Shown: positions 1-10,312, counted from the first letter of the stretch. The stretch: 64,000 nucleotides of DNA from an uncultured Alphaproteobacteria bacterium (GCA_963803575.1 CAWDMW010000001.1:16086-80085), one strand, 5' to 3'. Notes: generated by a model from the letters alone, not told the origin. Made by a program: numbers and translations.

Positions 1-532
1 GCATGCTGACGCACTGATGTTCATGTGCAACATCACATAAACCCCGAATATCCTGCATTTCAAACGTCATGGATCCCGGGGCTTCCATAAATATGACGCG
101 TGTATTGCTTTGTATAAGGGCACGTACATTATCTGGCGTGCTGTCTGGTGCATAATAAGTGGTGCTAACACCCATATCTTTTAACACTGTATCGCAAAAT
201 GCGCGCGAAGGCCCATAAACACTATCCGTCATTAAAATATGATCGCCTGTTTTAACGCACGCCATCAGTGATGCGGTGATAGCCAGCAGTCCAGAAGCAG
301 TCAACACGGTATGATCTGCTCCTATTAACTGGTTTAATGCATCGGCAAGTGCTTTTGTAGAAGGGTTCCCCTGACGGCCATAACCGGGAACAACACGTCC
401 GTAATATGCATCGGCAAAACTATCAAAATTTTCAAACAAAATAGTGGATGCCCGATAAACTGGCGGATTAACTGAACCAAATTCTTTATGGTCGCGACCA
501 AGTGTAACAAGTTGTGTATCGGGATGCAGCAT
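1..532 (-). CDS. metC: Cystathionine beta-lyase-like Cys/Met-metabolism PLP enzyme, N-terminal part only (runs off the window start)
   Basis: My own minus-strand translation from the ATG at 532 gives MLHPDTQLVTLGRDHKEFGSVNPPVYRASTILFENF..YGRQGNPSTKALADALNQLIGADHTVLTASGLLAI..DHILMTDSVYGPSRAFCDTVLKDMGV. This matches the N-terminal half of MetC/MetB-family enzymes. Track ORF 334..681 is an out-of-frame shadow. Confidence 0.7.
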   Translation of the reverse strand, partial: MLHPDTQLVTLGRDHKEFGSVNPPVYRASTILFENFDSFADAYYGRVVPGYGRQGNPSTKALADALNQLIGADHTVLTASGLLAITASLMACVKTGDHILMTDSVYGPSRAFCDTVLKDMGVSTTYYAPDSTPDNVRALIQSNTRVIFMEAPGSMTFEMQDIRGLCDVAHEHQCVSM

Positions 533-571
533 GTGTGATGACCATAGGGAGTGAATAAACTGGCCGCTAAG

Positions 572-1018
572 CTAGCACTCCATCCACGAAAAACCAACAA
601 TAATATAAACGACTTCACGAGACGTATTGGTAAATGGCAGCAGACAAGCACGATATTTGATAATTTTACTGGAGCGGCCAATCATGGTGCCGCTATTTAC
701 CACGGATTCCTGATGATCAATGACATGGTCAAACCCTTTAAGCAATTTCTTTAACTGACGGTTCATAATATGGCTATGAAACGGTATGTTCTCTTGCATA
801 TCAGGCAGCAATTCGGCGACTAAGTTACCTACATAGTCAAATTTAAGCGTGAAATAATCGGGATCATAGTAACGCGACTCAACATGTACCACCGCACATT
901 GCTTCCAAATATCCTCTATGACAGCGCGATTAAAATGCGTGAACATCGGTGGCGGTTCAAGCTCGGCTAACCTGTTCCACATTTTGACCATGCGTCCTGA
1001 AAGGCGTTTATCCTTCAT
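572..1018 (-). CDS. Hypothetical protein, possibly the alphaproteobacterial PAS-fold (DUF1457/PAS_5-like) type
   Basis: 148-aa ORF that ends 40 nt upstream of the metC start on the same strand. The W..L...PP..F.R..I pattern followed by F.LKFDYVGN resembles PAS_5 proteins. The family call is weak. Confidence 0.4.
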   Translation of the reverse strand: MKDKRLSGRMVKMWNRLAELEPPPMFTHFNRAVIEDIWKQCAVVHVESRYYDPDYFTLKFDYVGNLVAELLPDMQENIPFHSHIMNRQLKKLLKGFDHVIDHQESVVNSGTMIGRSSKIIKYRACLLPFTNTSREVVYIIVGFSWMEC

Positions 1019-1198
1019 GCTTCTTCAACTTGTTTGTTGATATAATGGTGTTTACCACCTATAGGTTGATTTATGATAAAATACATTCTTCTATCAGTTG
1101 TAAGCCCTGTTATGATGTGCGGTATTGTTGCAGGCAGGCTTTACAGCACAACCATACATTCTACTATAAAGAGAACACGCTAATATAAGGTAAAAAAG

Positions 1199-2152
1199 CT
1201 ATTTTACCTTAACCGATTTTGCTGAGCCTTGCGTGATACGCCCCTGCTTGGTGATAGCAGATAAGTTCTCCCAGGCACGTTTATAATGGTACGGACTGCG
1301 TGACAGCGCGGTATTTAAGTAACTTTTTGCCAGCTCATCGTTATTCGCCAAATAAGCATATAACCCTAAATTATTGGATATAGAAGCCTCATCTAAATGC
1401 TCGGACAGGATCTTCTTTGCTGCTTTTTCATCACCAAAGATACCCATCACCAGTGCCAGATTCATATCAATGTTCTTGCGTCTGGGGCTTTTGGGCAACG
1501 TAGCTTCCGCAGCTTGCAACAGATACCTTGTTGCTGCTTTTGGTTCATTATTGATAGCATGAGTCAAACCAATATTATTTAACACGGACGGATTATTATT
1601 GCTGTATTTCAACGAACGTTCAAAATAGGCAATAGCATCATCATACGTTCCGCGCTCTACCAGCAAAATGCCCAACCCGTTCAGCGTACGCCAGCGCTTT
1701 TCGTCCTTGGTCAGGATTTGGCTAAGTTTCTTTCCTGCTTTGTCAAAGTCACCTTTATATAAAGCGACCAGCGCAATGCCTTCCTGCGCGTCCATATAGT
1801 CAGGCGAGTCTTTAGGTATCTTAAGATACACCTTCTCTGCAGAATCCGTTTGCCCATCACGCCGCAGCGCATCTGCCAGACCTAGCAGGTAATCCGTGTT
1901 TTTGTCGTCAATACTCACCAATTGCTGATAGAGAGAACCTGCATTTTTGATATTACCCCGCTCTACCGCATCTTTAGCGCTTTTGAGCAAAGACGCTTCT
2001 ACTCCTTCCACCTGAGGGCCTTCTGTCTTATTGATTTCATCAAAAAGACGGTCTTGCTCATCCAGACCGATCCCTTTCAGGCAGGCGGTGGTAGAGAGAA
2101 GAAGTGCAAGACAGAAAGCAGCATATATGGGGCGTGTAAACATGTAATGCAC
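1199..2152 (-). CDS. TPR-repeat lipoprotein (TadD/PilF-like architecture)
   Basis: N-terminal signal with LLLSTTAC (probable lipobox), followed by repeated TPR-like A..Y/A..L..P helices along the whole length. Confidence 0.65.
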   Translation of the reverse strand: MHYMFTRPIYAAFCLALLLSTTACLKGIGLDEQDRLFDEINKTEGPQVEGVEASLLKSAKDAVERGNIKNAGSLYQQLVSIDDKNTDYLLGLADALRRDGQTDSAEKVYLKIPKDSPDYMDAQEGIALVALYKGDFDKAGKKLSQILTKDEKRWRTLNGLGILLVERGTYDDAIAYFERSLKYSNNNPSVLNNIGLTHAINNEPKAATRYLLQAAEATLPKSPRRKNIDMNLALVMGIFGDEKAAKKILSEHLDEASISNNLGLYAYLANNDELAKSYLNTALSRSPYHYKRAWENLSAITKQGRITQGSAKSVKVK

Positions 2153-2308
2153 GTTACAGCTAATAATATCAGGCTTGCAATGATTATTTAAGGAGTGTCA
2201 TCATATTCGCTCATATTTTGCTGGAATTTTATACAAATCCCGCTATCCTAGCGACTCTTTTAATGCGTGAGTTTGCACGTTGTACAATATCCTATGATGT
2301 AAGGTAGC

Positions 2309-3301
2309 ATGAATAAATTTACGCGCAAGATGCAGACACTTCTGGGCAAACAAAAACGGTTGCCTGCTCCGGATTATAGTACGTTTGGTTGCCAGCATCT
2401 GCTGGGTATTGAGCATCTGGACGTATCAGACATACAGCGCATACTAGATTGTGCAGAGCATTATATTGCCCGAAACCGACAAATTGATAAAAAGCATGCC
2501 ATACTGAAAGGCCAAACACTTATTAATTTGTTCTTCGAGCCTTCTACCCGCACACGTACATCGTTTGAAATTGCTGGCAAGCGGTTGGGTATGGATGTGA
2601 TTAATGTGGCCGTTGCCCAATCATCCGCCTCTAAAGGGGAAAGCCTGATTGATACAGCGAAAACACTGGATGCTATGCAGGCAGATGCCGTGGCGCTACG
2701 GCACAGTGAAAGTGGTGCAGCGGCATTACTCTCGCGTCATGTATCTGCTAAAGTGATTAATGCAGGTGATGGATCGCACGAACATCCAACACAAGCATTA
2801 CTGGATGCACTGACCATACGACGGCGCAAACAAACGTTGGATGGGGTAAAGGTGGCCATTTGCGGAGATATTTTGCATAGTCGCGTGGCACGCTCCAACA
2901 TTATTTTGCTAAAACGCATGGGTGCAGACGTAACATTGATCTGCCCTTCTACCCTGCTACCTGCTCAATCAGACAGCTTTGGCGTTAACATTACCTCTGA
3001 TATGCAGAAAGGGTTGCAGGATGCTGACGTGGTGATGGTGTTGCGATTACAGTTTGAGCGCATGAAAGGCACGTTTATTCCTTCAGTACGGGAATATTTT
3101 GATCGTTACGGCCTTGATGAAAAACGACTTTCTTATGCTAAAGAGAACGCCCTGATTCTTCACCCAGGCCCTATGAACCGGGGGGTGGAAATTGACCATT
3201 TTGTGGCAGATCATATTGAACGTAGCGCCATATTGGATCAGGTGGAAACAGGAGTTGCTATCAGGCAATCTATTTTAGAATTACTACTCACAGTTAAGTA
3301 A
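2309..3301 (+). CDS. pyrB: Aspartate carbamoyltransferase catalytic subunit
   Basis: Contains [13 protein letters not shown] (carbamoyl-phosphate site), HPTQALLD and the [12 protein letters not shown] motif. The 330-aa length is typical. Confidence 0.95.
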   Translation: MNKFTRKMQTLLGKQKRLPAPDYSTFGCQHLLGIEHLDVSDIQRILDCAEHYIARNRQIDKKHAILKGQTLINLFFEPSTRTRTSFEIAGKRLGMDVINVAVAQSSASKGESLIDTAKTLDAMQADAVALRHSESGAAALLSRHVSAKVINAGDGSHEHPTQALLDALTIRRRKQTLDGVKVAICGDILHSRVARSNIILLKRMGADVTLICPSTLLPAQSDSFGVNITSDMQKGLQDADVVMVLRLQFERMKGTFIPSVREYFDRYGLDEKRLSYAKENALILHPGPMNRGVEIDHFVADHIERSAILDQVETGVAIRQSILELLLTVK

Positions 3302-3337
3302 GTATTAAATATTTACTGTGTTACGTGCAATAATCTT

Positions 3338-3366
3338 TTGCAAGATAACAGCGTTTGCTCTATACT
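3338..3366 (+). promoter_or_regulatory. Candidate sigma70-type promoter for the DUF2610 operon
   Basis: TTGCAA (3338-3343), a 17-nt spacer, then TATACT (3361-3366), 30 nt upstream of the ATG at 3396. Confidence 0.4.
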
Positions 3367-3395
3367 ATTACAGTAACACTATAGATGAGGGGCAT

Positions 3396-3674
3396 ATGAA
3401 ACGTTTTACCATACCATGTGATTTTGGCGGACAGAAACACCCATTTCATGTTTATGTTGGTGATCCACATCCTAAAAAACATCCATTGATGAACCAGTCC
3501 AACTGGCTTTCCAGTGAACGTGGTGGCAACATTCCGCAAGATGTAATGGATAGCTTTGAGAAGCTGTTTAAAATATCTCAGGAAAACAATGTGCCGTTTG
3601 AAGATTTATGCGTATATGCTTTGGGCAATGCATCCGCACAAAAGCAGAATCAAAGTGGTGAAGGCAGTTCATAA
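3396..3674 (+). CDS. DUF2610-like small conserved protein
   Basis: MKRFTIPCDFGGQKHPFHVYVGDPHPKKHPLMNQSNWLSSERGGNIPQDVMDSF..VPFEDLCVYAL resembles the DUF2610 family as I remember it from alphaproteobacteria. I chose the ATG at 3396 (GAGG upstream) over the GTG at 3318 given in the track. Confidence 0.6.
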   Translation: MKRFTIPCDFGGQKHPFHVYVGDPHPKKHPLMNQSNWLSSERGGNIPQDVMDSFEKLFKISQENNVPFEDLCVYALGNASAQKQNQSGEGSS

Positions 3675-3676
3675 GC

Positions 3677-5557
3677 GTGAAACTGTTTAACCGTGGCATA
3701 ATGGCTTCGCTCCATGGCAACCCTGCCCCATCGGTTGATATGGATCATCTGGTGCAGCGCTACGTGAAAGAGACAAAACAGCATGGGGGTATTGGTCACT
3801 TTATTGTACCATCCACCAATACGCTTGACGCCCAGTATCACCTGATATACCAGCAAGAGCTTCGTTACTCGCCCTCAGATTACCGTTGTTTCGATGCAGT
3901 AATCCATGATCTGGCACATCAACATCTCACGGAATCGTTAGCTAAAGATAACATCGCAATGCTTCGCAATATTATCTTTGGGTATGTCGTTAACCCACCC
4001 GGTAAAAAGACATTACCTACGTCCGAGACGTTACATTATCTGACTCAAACCGCATTGCTTGCAGGGTTGGCTATCAAAACAGAATACGTGTCGTCAGATG
4101 CGCTACATCGCTATGGTGTGGGTGCCGCATTGCTTTATCGTCATATCACCGATACCTTAGCACATACATCACCCTCGCCCGAAAAAACGTGGAAATGGCT
4201 TAGCCCTTCTCGCTCATCTATATGCGTTTTGCCGCTTATCCGTGACACATGCCTAGCACCATACCTGCTTCGCGATGATACGGCTGATGCGGATCATATT
4301 ACCCAGGATTACCACGAAGAGCATGTGGCGCAACGTCAGGAAGCATTTACTCATGCCATGAAACATGCAGAATTGGGCGCATTAGCAGGATTAGCCCATA
4401 GCGAAGAAGAAAAGCCCAAGCATCATTTTAACCGTGTAGAAGATTTGCGTGTGGAGGTGCAGGAAGAGGCGATTGCGATTGCGCGCGACATACTGGACAA
4501 ATTGCGCCTGCAATTTGCTGATATGACGCTGGAAGCCTTGATGGATATGGGTGACATGCCACTGGTGAAACAGCTTCTCACGGGCGTGTCTAAAGTTGCC
4601 AGCACTTTCCGTCAACATCTTGACATTGCACTCAGGCTTGATCCTGATATGGCTGACGATGACGCCGTGCTGGAAGCGAGTATGGCTATTGGCATATTTG
4701 ATTTTCACGGAAAAATGCAGGAATCCGAGCAAGCGCGTATGCAAGCGATGGTTGCCGAACAAACAGGGAATATATCACTTGCCGGCCAGCTTCATCAACA
4801 AGCAAAACAATTACATGAAGAAGCTGTTGCTTTGCCCGGTGCATGGAAACAAACCGCTGATCGTTCTATCACCAGTTTGCTAGATAGCATCGAGAAAGGT
4901 ATGGATCGTATTGTTAGCCGTGTGCAGGAAATGCAGGGTGGTCTTGGAGCGGTCAGTGAACGTGATCTCGGTCAGGCGGATGCTCAGGATATGCAGCAGG
5001 AACAGCCACAAGAGCATCTGCCGCAGTCGCAACAACAATCTGCTAATAAAAGCGATAAAAAACATCAGCAGCTTTATCAGGCCGATCAAATTGCAGACAT
5101 GATTCGCGCAGCTCGTATGAAAAAGTCGCAGATGCGTGATAAATTACAAGATCAGCGCGAAGCTAAAGCCGCATCTGGTCAGGACAAAAAAGGCGACCCA
5201 TCCGGATCAGGTGGGAGTCGTCAGAAGCAGGCGGGTAAATCGTCTTCCACTATTTCACCTGAAGCCTCTGAAACGGCCAAAGCAGCCAAGGCACTGGGGG
5301 CTAATCTGCTGGATGCAGCTACATTAAAAGCGTTTCAATCAAGTATGGATGTTGGTGGCATGGAAATGAGTGAGGAGTTGATGCCCAATTCTCCACAGCG
5401 CACGATCAATTCCATTAAAAACAACAAACAAGGCAATATTTCCAAAACAGCTGCGGTACGATCAGACGTTCTGCGCGACCAACAGCAAGTGGAAGAACAA
5501 ACAGATCAGCAGCAAGCACTAAGTGCAAAGAAGAAAAACACGCAATTTAGCCGTTAG
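3677..5557 (+). CDS. Large hypothetical protein with a Q/K/S/D-rich low-complexity C-terminal third
   Basis: 626-aa ORF starting 2 nt after the DUF2610 stop (GTG 3677; alternative ATG 3701). I recognised no motif. The C-terminal roughly 200 aa are Q/K/S-rich and probably disordered. Confidence 0.6.
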   Translation: MKLFNRGIMASLHGNPAPSVDMDHLVQRYVKETKQHGGIGHFIVPSTNTLDAQYHLIYQQELRYSPSDYRCFDAVIHDLAHQHLTESLAKDNIAMLRNIIFGYVVNPPGKKTLPTSETLHYLTQTALLAGLAIKTEYVSSDALHRYGVGAALLYRHITDTLAHTSPSPEKTWKWLSPSRSSICVLPLIRDTCLAPYLLRDDTADADHITQDYHEEHVAQRQEAFTHAMKHAELGALAGLAHSEEEKPKHHFNRVEDLRVEVQEEAIAIARDILDKLRLQFADMTLEALMDMGDMPLVKQLLTGVSKVASTFRQHLDIALRLDPDMADDDAVLEASMAIGIFDFHGKMQESEQARMQAMVAEQTGNISLAGQLHQQAKQLHEEAVALPGAWKQTADRSITSLLDSIEKGMDRIVSRVQEMQGGLGAVSERDLGQADAQDMQQEQPQEHLPQSQQQSANKSDKKHQQLYQADQIADMIRAARMKKSQMRDKLQDQREAKAASGQDKKGDPSGSGGSRQKQAGKSSSTISPEASETAKAAKALGANLLDAATLKAFQSSMDVGGMEMSEELMPNSPQRTINSIKNNKQGNISKTAAVRSDVLRDQQQVEEQTDQQQALSAKKKNTQFSR

Positions 5558-5579
5558 TCAAACGTTACTTCAGTGATGA

Positions 5580-5864
5580 TTACTCAAAAATATGATTAAG
5601 TGATTTCAGCAACTTATAGATGCGGTCATCTTTGATGGAATAAAAAATTTGCTGCCCGCAACGTCGTGTTTCTAACATTCCTTCTTGCCGCATTCGCGCC
5701 AAATGCTGTGAAAGCGCTGGCTGTGATACCCCAAGTTTTTGCTCTAACTCACTAACATTTGCTTCTGCATCAACCAAAATACACAGGATAAGCAACCGGT
5801 TCGTATTAGCAATTAGTTTCAAAAAATGTGAAGCGTCGGTGACGTGATGTTGCAAATGTTCCAT
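5580..5864 (-). CDS. ArsR/SmtB-family winged-helix transcriptional regulator
   Basis: LILCILVDAEANVSELEQKLGVSQPALSQHLARMRQEGMLETRRCGQQIFYSI is the canonical ArsR HTH core. Length is 94 aa. Confidence 0.85.
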   Translation of the reverse strand: MEHLQHHVTDASHFLKLIANTNRLLILCILVDAEANVSELEQKLGVSQPALSQHLARMRQEGMLETRRCGQQIFYSIKDDRIYKLLKSLNHIFE

Positions 5865-6015
5865 GATCCGTCCTTAAATTCACAGTGACCTTGATTGTAA
5901 CAATAACAACGTGCTTTTCAACGAAAATTTGACAAGCGCTATAGTCGTTAAATATACAAAGCAAGATGCTTATGCCATCCATACCTTAAACTAGTATAAT
6001 AAGACAATGTTTATA

Positions 6016-6480
6016 TTAGGCTAGTGCGCGATTCTTCTCTGCCTCCTCGACCTTACCTTCGTGAGACGATTCAGTAATACGGTTATCCAGTGCTTCCTGA
6101 AGCGCTATCTTATCCTCTTTGAGTTCTTCAGCACTTTCTTTTAATTCTGTAATGTCACTATGCAGGTTCTCAATCTCATCATATAATTCATCATTTTCAT
6201 GATTAAGCCGTTCAAATTGAGACTTGGTATTATTGGCCTGAATCGCATCCAGCACAGAAAACCCGGCTGCCGCTGCCATAGGTAGTGTGCTTGCAGCTAA
6301 CTCAAGATTGCTTTTAACATTATCTTCCATTCCCTCAAACATGGGGGCATCCTGAATAATGTTACGCGCCATATACGCGACACCAACTGACATCAGACCG
6401 TTACCTACCAAGCTTTGTGCTGCAGCTTGCAAGGCGTTTTTTCCGTAATATGATTCGTGTGGTGGCTTTTTATCTGTCAT
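6016..6480 (-). CDS. Hypothetical protein with a Gly/Ala-rich hydrophobic N-terminal half and an acidic coiled-coil C-terminal half
   Basis: 154-aa ORF flanked by AT-rich intergenic regions. No motif recognised. Confidence 0.5.
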   Translation of the reverse strand: MTDKKPPHESYYGKNALQAAAQSLVGNGLMSVGVAYMARNIIQDAPMFEGMEDNVKSNLELAASTLPMAAAAGFSVLDAIQANNTKSQFERLNHENDELYDEIENLHSDITELKESAEELKEDKIALQEALDNRITESSHEGKVEEAEKNRALA

Positions 6481-6613
6481 GCTGGGTATAGTTGGGCGTA
6501 ATTCAAACGTAATAGCCTATATCATAGCATACCTTAATCCATATATATTGTAACAATATGATGACAAATGAACCGATTGGTTTTTAACCTATCACAGCTT
6601 ATATATCTAAGAT

Positions 6614-7183
6614 ATGAAATATTTTCTCCCACATCTCGTTCTTGGCACTGCCTACACCCACCCCTTCCCTAAACATGTTGAATGTCTCTATATTGGAATG
6701 GGCTGCTTTTGGGGTGCAGAAAGACTGATGTGGCAGCAACCAAACATTTATACAACCGCGGTAGGATATGCAGGAGGCCATGTTAATCATCCGACATATG
6801 AACAGGTATGCAGCGGGAATACGGGACATGCGGAAATGGTGTTGGTTGCTTACACGGGTGGTGATGAAACGTGCTCTTATATTTTGCGTTGCTTTTGGGA
6901 AGGGCATGACCCAACACAAGGTATGCGTCAGGGGAACGATGTTGGCTCACAATATCGCTCTGCCATTTACACGACAACCATTTCCCAACACCAGCTAGCG
7001 CAAAGCAGCAAGGAATATTATGAGAGTCTGTTAATGCAATCAAGGTATGGCCGTATTACTACTGAAATCCTCCAAAATATTGATTTTCATTACGCAGAAA
7101 CGTATCATCAGCAATATTTACATACGCATCCTAACGGTTATTGCGGTTTAAAGGGTACCGGTGTTCTTTGCGGGATAACGTGA
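6614..7183 (+). CDS. msrA: Peptide-methionine (S)-S-oxide reductase
   Basis: Contains the GMGCFWGAE active-site motif, GYAGG..HPTYEQVCSGNTGHAE and RQGNDVGSQYRSAIY. Confidence 0.93.
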   Translation: MKYFLPHLVLGTAYTHPFPKHVECLYIGMGCFWGAERLMWQQPNIYTTAVGYAGGHVNHPTYEQVCSGNTGHAEMVLVAYTGGDETCSYILRCFWEGHDPTQGMRQGNDVGSQYRSAIYTTTISQHQLAQSSKEYYESLLMQSRYGRITTEILQNIDFHYAETYHQQYLHTHPNGYCGLKGTGVLCGIT

Positions 7184-7319
7184 GAAGACTGCTTAAGGGT
7201 AATGTAGATGTATCTACCTAAACGATACTAACAACGACTAACGGTTGATTCACCATTTCATTGGCTCTAGGGTGAAGCGAATGTAATGCCTTGCCTTGCT
7301 TTGCTTATTTTAACACTTT

Positions 7320-8739
7320 ATGTTTCTTATGTTCTCACGTCTCATTCTCCTATTCAGCATATTGCTTACCATGAGCGCTTGTGCACCGGGGAAAATTGCA
7401 GATGATGCCATTTCCATAAATCAGGACGTCATGCGTGCAGAAAAAACATTTACTTTGTTAAATATTCTCCGTAGTGCGCATAATGAACCCCTCTTTTTTT
7501 CAACCATAACGAATATAGATACGCGACCGCTTGGTAGCGTTAGCCTATCAAGCGAAGTCGCGGGTTCATTTATCATGCGAGAGGCAGAGCATCTTTTTGA
7601 CGTTGATATACAGGATGATCGGCCTCGTTTTAGTCTAAATCAGTTAAATAGCGCTTCATTCATACGTACCATGTCCCGCCCAATAGAGCTGGGAGTCATT
7701 GAACGTATGTTTGCACGATCATATAATCAGGAATTGCTTACAGATTTGCTTATTTCAGAAGTTGGATGGGCTGGAAAACCATTATCTAAAACCAACTCAG
7801 CAGAATCATCAGCATTTGTGAGGCGTCTACGGCTATTAAACGGCTTAGGTTTTGATGTAGAACCATTATTAGGGGATAACACGTTATTTGAAGATTTAAA
7901 TTAAAGAGGACGCGCTTGAATTAATCAGCGAATTAGGCATCGTCAATAAAGGGCTTTCCATTGTTCCTGATCGCCAGACAGATGCGTTTGATGTCATTGG
8001 TAAGCCAGGTGGTTTTCGAATTTGCTTTAAGCATCCTCCTGTTTTACAGGTTGATAACATTAAGATCGAAGATGCTGCAAGAGTCATATCACTTACCTGC
8101 CGCTCACGAATCGTAGCACAGTTAGGTAGCGCCGGTTTAGGTGGTCACGACTTGAATAGACTATCTAAAGAGCAAAAATATAAGCTACTTAAAAGTTTAA
8201 AGAGACAAGTTGACACTCATCGTATCCTGATGCGGCGCATTGATGCATTTGAACAACGTGCCTCAGATGATGTATCATTAGAAAATCTCTTATCTGGGTT
8301 AACCGCCGAGTCTGAAAGCGGTAAAAATGACGGAATAGATGAGCAGGAACTTGGGCGGTTAGAAAATGTCGGCGAGCTATCAATCACAATACGCTCACCG
8401 ATTGAGATTATTGGCTATATGGGGCAAGTTCTACGTAGCAATATTCAGTCTGATAACACGTTGTTACATACTGTTATGCCAGACGAGGCTTATACCAGTG
8501 TAAACAATAATTGCTGGCAGAACCGACCTGCTTGTTCACCAAAAAAGATATTTACACTCAATAAAGGCAAAACTCCGGAAGCAGTCTATTATGCAGGAGA
8601 GTACTGGCATACGCCAAAGCCATCAATGGAATTATCCAGCCACACACGTGAAGTTATATCCATCCTGCAATACTTACGGTCACTATCAACACAAACAGAT
8701 GACTTACACTCTAATCCACGTGTTACCGTATTGCCGTAA
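7320..8739 (+). pseudogene. Lipoprotein gene of unknown function, split by a 1-nt frame change near 7900
   Basis: ORF 7320..7904 (signal plus LTMSAC) stops at the TAA at 7902. The reading frame of track ORF 8152..8739 is already open from 7900 (..KEDALELISELGIVNKGLSIVPD..) and has no ATG/GTG/TTG before 8152. The junction lies in an A/T run (gatttaaattaaag). The joined product would be about 473 aa. Confidence 0.5.
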
Positions 8740-8753
8740 ACAGTACATCCATC

Positions 8754-8859
8754 GGGAATGGTGAGGCCTAGCAAACAAATTCAGAACCTCGGTAGACAAT
8801 AAGTTTTTGATTTATAGTATAAAGAAAAAAATTTATGCGCCTAAAATCCTCCAATTAAA
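8754..8859 (+). repeat. Left copy of a ~105-bp imperfect direct repeat bracketing the efflux island
   Basis: gggaatggtg..acaaattcagaacctcg..ttgatttatagtataaa..aaaaaattt.tgcg.c.aaaat.ctcc recurs at 17194..17296 in the same orientation. It has two perfect 17-nt blocks and roughly three-quarters identity overall, judged by eye. Confidence 0.8.
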
Positions 8860-8916
8860 AATGCAGATTATTAAATGCAGAAAAACAATTGAAGGCTTTG
8901 TACTAGCCAAATAAGT

Positions 8917-9646
8917 ATGAGTCTGGTGAACTTTAGCTAACTATAGGTTATGCTAAGTCAGTATGAAACAACGTAAGAACAAGTATTATCGCCGTTCACA
9001 TATTTCGGAAGCTAAATTCAGACATTTATTGAAGTGTTTTGCCATGGACTTAAATGCGTATGAAGCGTTTCAACTGACTGGCATATCGCATCGTAGTTAT
9101 AAGATTATCTATGCAAAATTGCGCCTACATATCGCTCAACAAAACCTAGAAATCCTGTCTCATCAGGTGAGTTTGAACTGGATGAGTCCTATTTCGGTGC
9201 TAAAAGAGTGCGAGGTAAACGTGGTCGTGGCGCGGCTGGAAAGACGCCTGTCTTTGGGCTGCTCAAACATGATGGCAATGTGCATGTGAAAATCGTTGAT
9301 AACTGTTCAAAAGCACAGTTAATGCCTATCATACAAGGAAAAATACTAGAAGGATCAATCATTCATACCGATGGATGGAAGGCATATGATGGGCTCATTG
9401 TGAATGGCTATGAACATTACCTGCATCTATCATTCGCATGATGAATTTGTACGTGGAAAGTGCCATGTCAACGGCATTGAATCTTTCTGGTCATTTGCTA
9501 AAAGGAGGCTGGCGCAATTCAACGGATTATCAGACCAATACACCTCACAGAATGCCAATTCAGATTCAATTGCAGAAAACAGAATATCTATGATATACTT
9601 CTTACCTCTTTAAAAAAAAATCCACTCTAAAGTTCACCAGACCCAT
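8917..9646 (+). mobile_element. IS1595-family (IS1016-group-sized, ~730 bp) insertion sequence, decayed
   Basis: Terminal inverted repeats atgAgtctggtgaactttag (8917-8936) and ctaaagttcaccagacCcat (9627-9646), matching at 19 of 20 positions. They enclose a frameshifted ISXO2-like transposase. No target-site duplication is evident. Confidence 0.8.
8963..9613 (+). pseudogene. IS1595-family (ISXO2-like DDE) transposase broken into three frames
   Basis: The three overlapping track ORFs together read ..HISEAKFRHLLKCFAMDLNAYEAFQLTGIS.. / ..RGKRGRGAAGKTPVFGLLKHDGNVHVKIV..IIHTDGWKAYDGLIVNGYEHY / ..HVNGIESFWSFAKRRLAQFNG. Two frameshifts are needed to restore one protein. Confidence 0.8.
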
Positions 9647-9651
9647 GTTTT

Positions 9652-10293
9652 TTATTGGTGTGTTCCAAAAATACGGAGGAAAAAGCTCACATTTTCACGT
9701 GTAAATGCTTCAAGCTGCTTTTGCGTTGGTTTGGCTTGGATTTTCAACACAGTCTTCATATGCAAGGGGCCTGTAAAGAAGCTCACAAATATTTCTGCTG
9801 CGCGCTGGATATCCTCGAACCGGCAGATGCCCTTTGCTTCAAGATGCACAAAATAGGTGCGCAACAAACCAAATACACGCTCTGGGCCTGTTTCGTAGAA
9901 TAATTTCGCTATATCCCCACCATTACGGCTTTCACTCATCACAGTGCGATGCATTGCCACGGCTTCATCGTTATAAATAATGCCAATAAAGCCCATACCT
10001 AGCGTATAGAGACCCTCTTCAGGCTCTTGGGCGAGCGCACGCTCAAGCATCGATTCGCCCATATTAGTAGTACATTTATTATGAATGATGCGCTGAAATA
10101 ACTCTTCTTTACTGCCGAAATGATTATAGACCGTGTATTTTGATACTCCTGCTTCATTGGCAATCTCTTGCATATTCGTTCGTTGCATGCCTTTTTCGAT
10201 AAACTGTCTGCTGGCAGCTTCCAGAATCGCTGCCGCTTTATCTTCATCTTTGGGTCTGCCGCGTGTTTTTTCCTGCTTTGTCATTGATTCCAT
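9652..10293 (-). CDS. TetR/AcrR-family transcriptional repressor, divergent from the RND operon
   Basis: GRPKDEDKAAAILEAASRQFIEKGMQRTNMQEIANEAGVSKYTVYNHFGSKEELF is a classic TetR N-terminal HTH. I preferred the ATG at 10293 (MESMTKQEK) over the track start at 10335. Confidence 0.88.
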   Translation of the reverse strand: MESMTKQEKTRGRPKDEDKAAAILEAASRQFIEKGMQRTNMQEIANEAGVSKYTVYNHFGSKEELFQRIIHNKCTTNMGESMLERALAQEPEEGLYTLGMGFIGIIYNDEAVAMHRTVMSESRNGGDIAKLFYETGPERVFGLLRTYFVHLEAKGICRFEDIQRAAEIFVSFFTGPLHMKTVLKIQAKPTQKQLEAFTRENVSFFLRIFGTHQ

Positions 10294-10312
10294 GTAATGA
10301 TTAAGTTGACTG

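Noticed and set aside
334-681. 115-aa track ORF spanning the metC / upstream-gene junction.
   Set aside because: It is out of frame with the clear MetC-like translation (start 532) and with the 148-aa ORF ending at 572. It is a shadow ORF.
7895-7901. T TTA AAT heptamer (X XXY YYZ, in the zero frame) exactly at the frame break of the split lipoprotein gene, resembling a -1 programmed frameshift site.
   Set aside because: A -1 slip leads into a frame that stops after 7 codons (TAA at 7922). The long downstream ORF is in the +1 frame, for which this heptamer offers no mechanism. A simple indel or sequencing error is more likely.
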